A stretch of 64,000 nt of DNA from Deltaproteobacteria bacterium (GTDB taxonomy: Bacteria; UBA10199; DSSB01; JACPFA01). The DNA lies in contig JACPFA010000025.1 of the NCBI GenBank assembly GCA_016183235.1, forward strand, positions 4,709-68,708, written 5' to 3'. Position 1 is the stretch's first letter, and each line of letters begins with the position of its first letter. Made by a program: the position numbers and the translations under genes. Below the pieces are notes generated by a model, which had not been told where the DNA came from, searched no databases, and saw nothing but the letters and a program-made list of their open reading frames with translations. Shown here in pieces: positions 63,385-64,000 of the stretch.

Positions 63385-64000
63385 CGATATTCAATTCCGC
63401 CAATTGATGGCTAAGGTCAGTAAACCGGGGCGTTACTTGGGGGGGGAAGTCAATGAAGTTAAAAAAGACCCTGCCAACGTAAAACTCAAGGTGGCTCTGT
63501 GTTTCCCCGATGTCTATGATATTGGTGAAAGTCATTTGGGTTTAAAAATCCTTTATAAAATTTTAAACGACCAACCCGATATTCTGGCCGAACGGGTTTA
63601 TGCCCCCTGGCCCGACATGGAAGCCGCCTTACGTCGCGAGGGCTTACCACTTTTTTCTCTGGAAAGTCGGATCCCTTTGCATGAGTTTGACATCGTGGGC
63701 ATCACCTTACCTTACGAATTGGTTTATACCAATGTATTGCAGGTTTTGGCTCTAGGCCGCATACCTATTTGGCAAAAAGACCGAAAAAAGGGCGACCCCA
63801 TTGTGATTGGCGGCGGTAACAATGCCTTTAATCCCGAACCGATGGCCGATTTTTTTGATTGTTTGGTAGTGGGAGATGGCGAAGATTTGGTTTTAAAAAT
63901 TGCTCACGAAGTTTTGAACTATCGGCAAAGCGATCAATCCCGAGAAGATTTATTACTACGCTTAAAAAATTATGAAGGCCTTTATGTACCCAGTTTTTTT
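63377..64000 (+). CDS. radical SAM family protein with N-terminal B12-binding-like domain (partial, continues beyond window)
   Basis: Not in the ORF track because no stop lies in the window. ATG 63377, MINDIQFRQLMAKVSKPGRYLGGEVNEV..ALCFPDVYDIGESHLGLKILY..IVIGGGNNAFNPEP. This N-terminus is typical of the uncharacterised rSAM family TIGR03960-like. Confidence 0.75.
   Translation, partial: MINDIQFRQLMAKVSKPGRYLGGEVNEVKKDPANVKLKVALCFPDVYDIGESHLGLKILYKILNDQPDILAERVYAPWPDMEAALRREGLPLFSLESRIPLHEFDIVGITLPYELVYTNVLQVLALGRIPIWQKDRKKGDPIVIGGGNNAFNPEPMADFFDCLVVGDGEDLVLKIAHEVLNYRQSDQSREDLLLRLKNYEGLYVPSFF

Overview
64-kb chromosomal window from a Gram-negative-type bacterium (it has a Tol system and is moderately AT-rich). 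The taxon cannot be determined from the sequence alone. I support about 60 CDS and three tRNAs (Arg-ACG, Ser-GCU, Gly-CCC). There are no rRNA genes, CRISPR arrays, transposases or integrases. Most genes are housekeeping: rpsU-yqeY-dnaG (possibly followed by rpoD), hisB-H-A-F-I plus a HIT protein, a PAS histidine kinase with a response regulator, pepA, icd, mdh, sucC-sucD-ndk, a complete suf operon with an Rrf2 regulator (sufB-C-D-S-U-T), mtaB, bcp, ppx, tolQ-R-A-B, murI and metH. Accessory content includes five type II toxin-antitoxin pairs (HEPN/MNT, Phd/VapC, AbrB-like/RelE-like, VapBC, MazEF), a DUF4143 AAA ATPase plus a decayed paralogue, several lipoproteins and secreted proteins, a metzincin, and an RCC1-like Cys-repeat protein. 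The largest gene is an orphan 1424-aa protein, locally GC-rich, with two histidine-phosphatase domains and a HutD-like C-terminus. The most unusual feature is a very dense population of palindromic repeats. (1) Short stem-loop units, named here SPE types A (TGTCATTGCGAG..GAAGCAATCT), B (CGTCATCCCGG..CCGGGATCC), C (TGTCATCCTGAGG..CTCAGGGTAAACTCCGGATCTTC) and E (CCGCCGGAGGC.GACCAGCCTC.GGCTGGCA). They occur singly or as REPIN/BIME-like inverted doublets, sometimes pairing two different types. (2) Long hairpin elements (LHE) of about 220-245 bp, built as nested palindromes. Four of them share a conserved apical loop and a conserved asymmetric internal region. One LHE has an 8-bp target-site duplication. 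These repeats fill most intergenic gaps. They supply stop codons and possibly start codons for flanking genes. At least twice (metH, ppx) they sit in frame inside coding sequence. A composite of two LHEs (about 500 bp) occurs twice in inverted orientation, at 43.2 kb and 61.2 kb. All functional calls come from reading motifs by eye, and no database search was run.
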